Positions 63,692 to 64,000 of a stretch of DNA of 64,000 bases are shown piece after piece (the first letter of the stretch is position 1; every line of letters starts with the position of its first letter). The stretch lies in the IMG/VR virus record IMGVR_UViG_3300014019_000001, positions 1 to 64,000 of that record; one strand, written 5' to 3'. Both the position numbers and the translations under genes were made by a program. The DNA is from a virus. Taxonomy: Duplodnaviria > Caudoviricetes. The notes under the pieces are model-generated. The model had not been told where the DNA came from, ran no database searches, and worked only from the letters and a program-made list of their open reading frames with translations.

Positions 63692-63988
63692 TCAGGCTGC
63701 TTCAGGAAGCTCTGCCACCTCCTTGTGCGTTGCCAACATTGCCTGGTGGGCGCGCTCGCGCACGTCGGCGAAGCTGGTGAGCTGGCTCATGCCGTCGCTG
63801 TAGACGACCTTCAGGAGGTTCTTGAGCTTCTCGTCCGGCCGAGCTTCGCTCTCCTTGATCGCAATGAGCCCGTGGCCGGTGTCGATGACGATCTGCCGCC
63901 CCGCCTTGGACGTCTTGGCGGGATCGGTCGCAGGCTTCTTCTGCAGGTCCGCCCAGCCGGCGCCGGTATCAATCGCGTTCGCCTTCAT
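63692..63988 (-). CDS. Hypothetical protein (may start beyond the window edge)
   Basis: Open frame near window end. Confidence 0.5.
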   Translation of the reverse strand: MKANAIDTGAGWADLQKKPATDPAKTSKAGRQIVIDTGHGLIAIKESEARPDEKLKNLLKVVYSDGMSQLTSFADVRERAHQAMLATHKEVAELPEAA

Positions 63989-64000
63989 CGCGAAGTTGAG

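Overview
64 kb of a large siphovirus-type phage genome, about 60-63% GC, most likely infecting an Alphaproteobacterium of the Rhizobiales (alpha-type LexA box, CtrA box, alpha-type initiator tRNA). It is probably a phage-plasmid: it has a type Ib parA plus a small RHH-like partner, a Doc/Fic toxin-antitoxin pair, and a head module and gene order resembling SSU5/pHCM2-type phage-plasmids. No integrase or rep gene lies in the window. 1-37.2 kb (minus strand, in transcription order from 37.2 kb down): two ParB-N proteins, ABC ATPase, Tad2-like, HAD, Mom-like GNAT and wHTH genes; terminases, portal, scaffold, capsid, head-tail genes, tail tube, G/GT chaperones, tape measure with an internal M15 peptidase, lambda-like M/L/K/I/J tail tip, lysis cassette, tail fibre and two RCC1-propeller proteins. 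37.3-41.2 kb (plus): SF2 helicase, dNMP kinase, parA and partner. 41.3-64 kb: Acb2-like gene, three tRNAs and many small early/middle genes. The standout observation is an ~810 bp island (42513-43326) with no GG dinucleotide on the + strand and only a handful of CC. It holds a sigma70 promoter, an rrn-like hairpin+boxA leader and a 191-aa gene with no Gly, Pro or Trp, whose normally coded paralog lies 1 kb away. This suggests an entry module kept free of a GG-directed DNA modification, possibly laid down by the ParB/ABC/GNAT cluster next to the terminase (inference). Five families of dispersed cis-elements were also read from the sequence: an 18-bp operator palindrome (~28 copies), 8-bp-period arrays (13 sites, parS-like), a GYRACCC-N10/11-CGCTAT promoter motif, 10-bp-phased CCRYGG arrays and three ~100-125 bp inverted-repeat elements. 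All counts are manual and no database searches were run.
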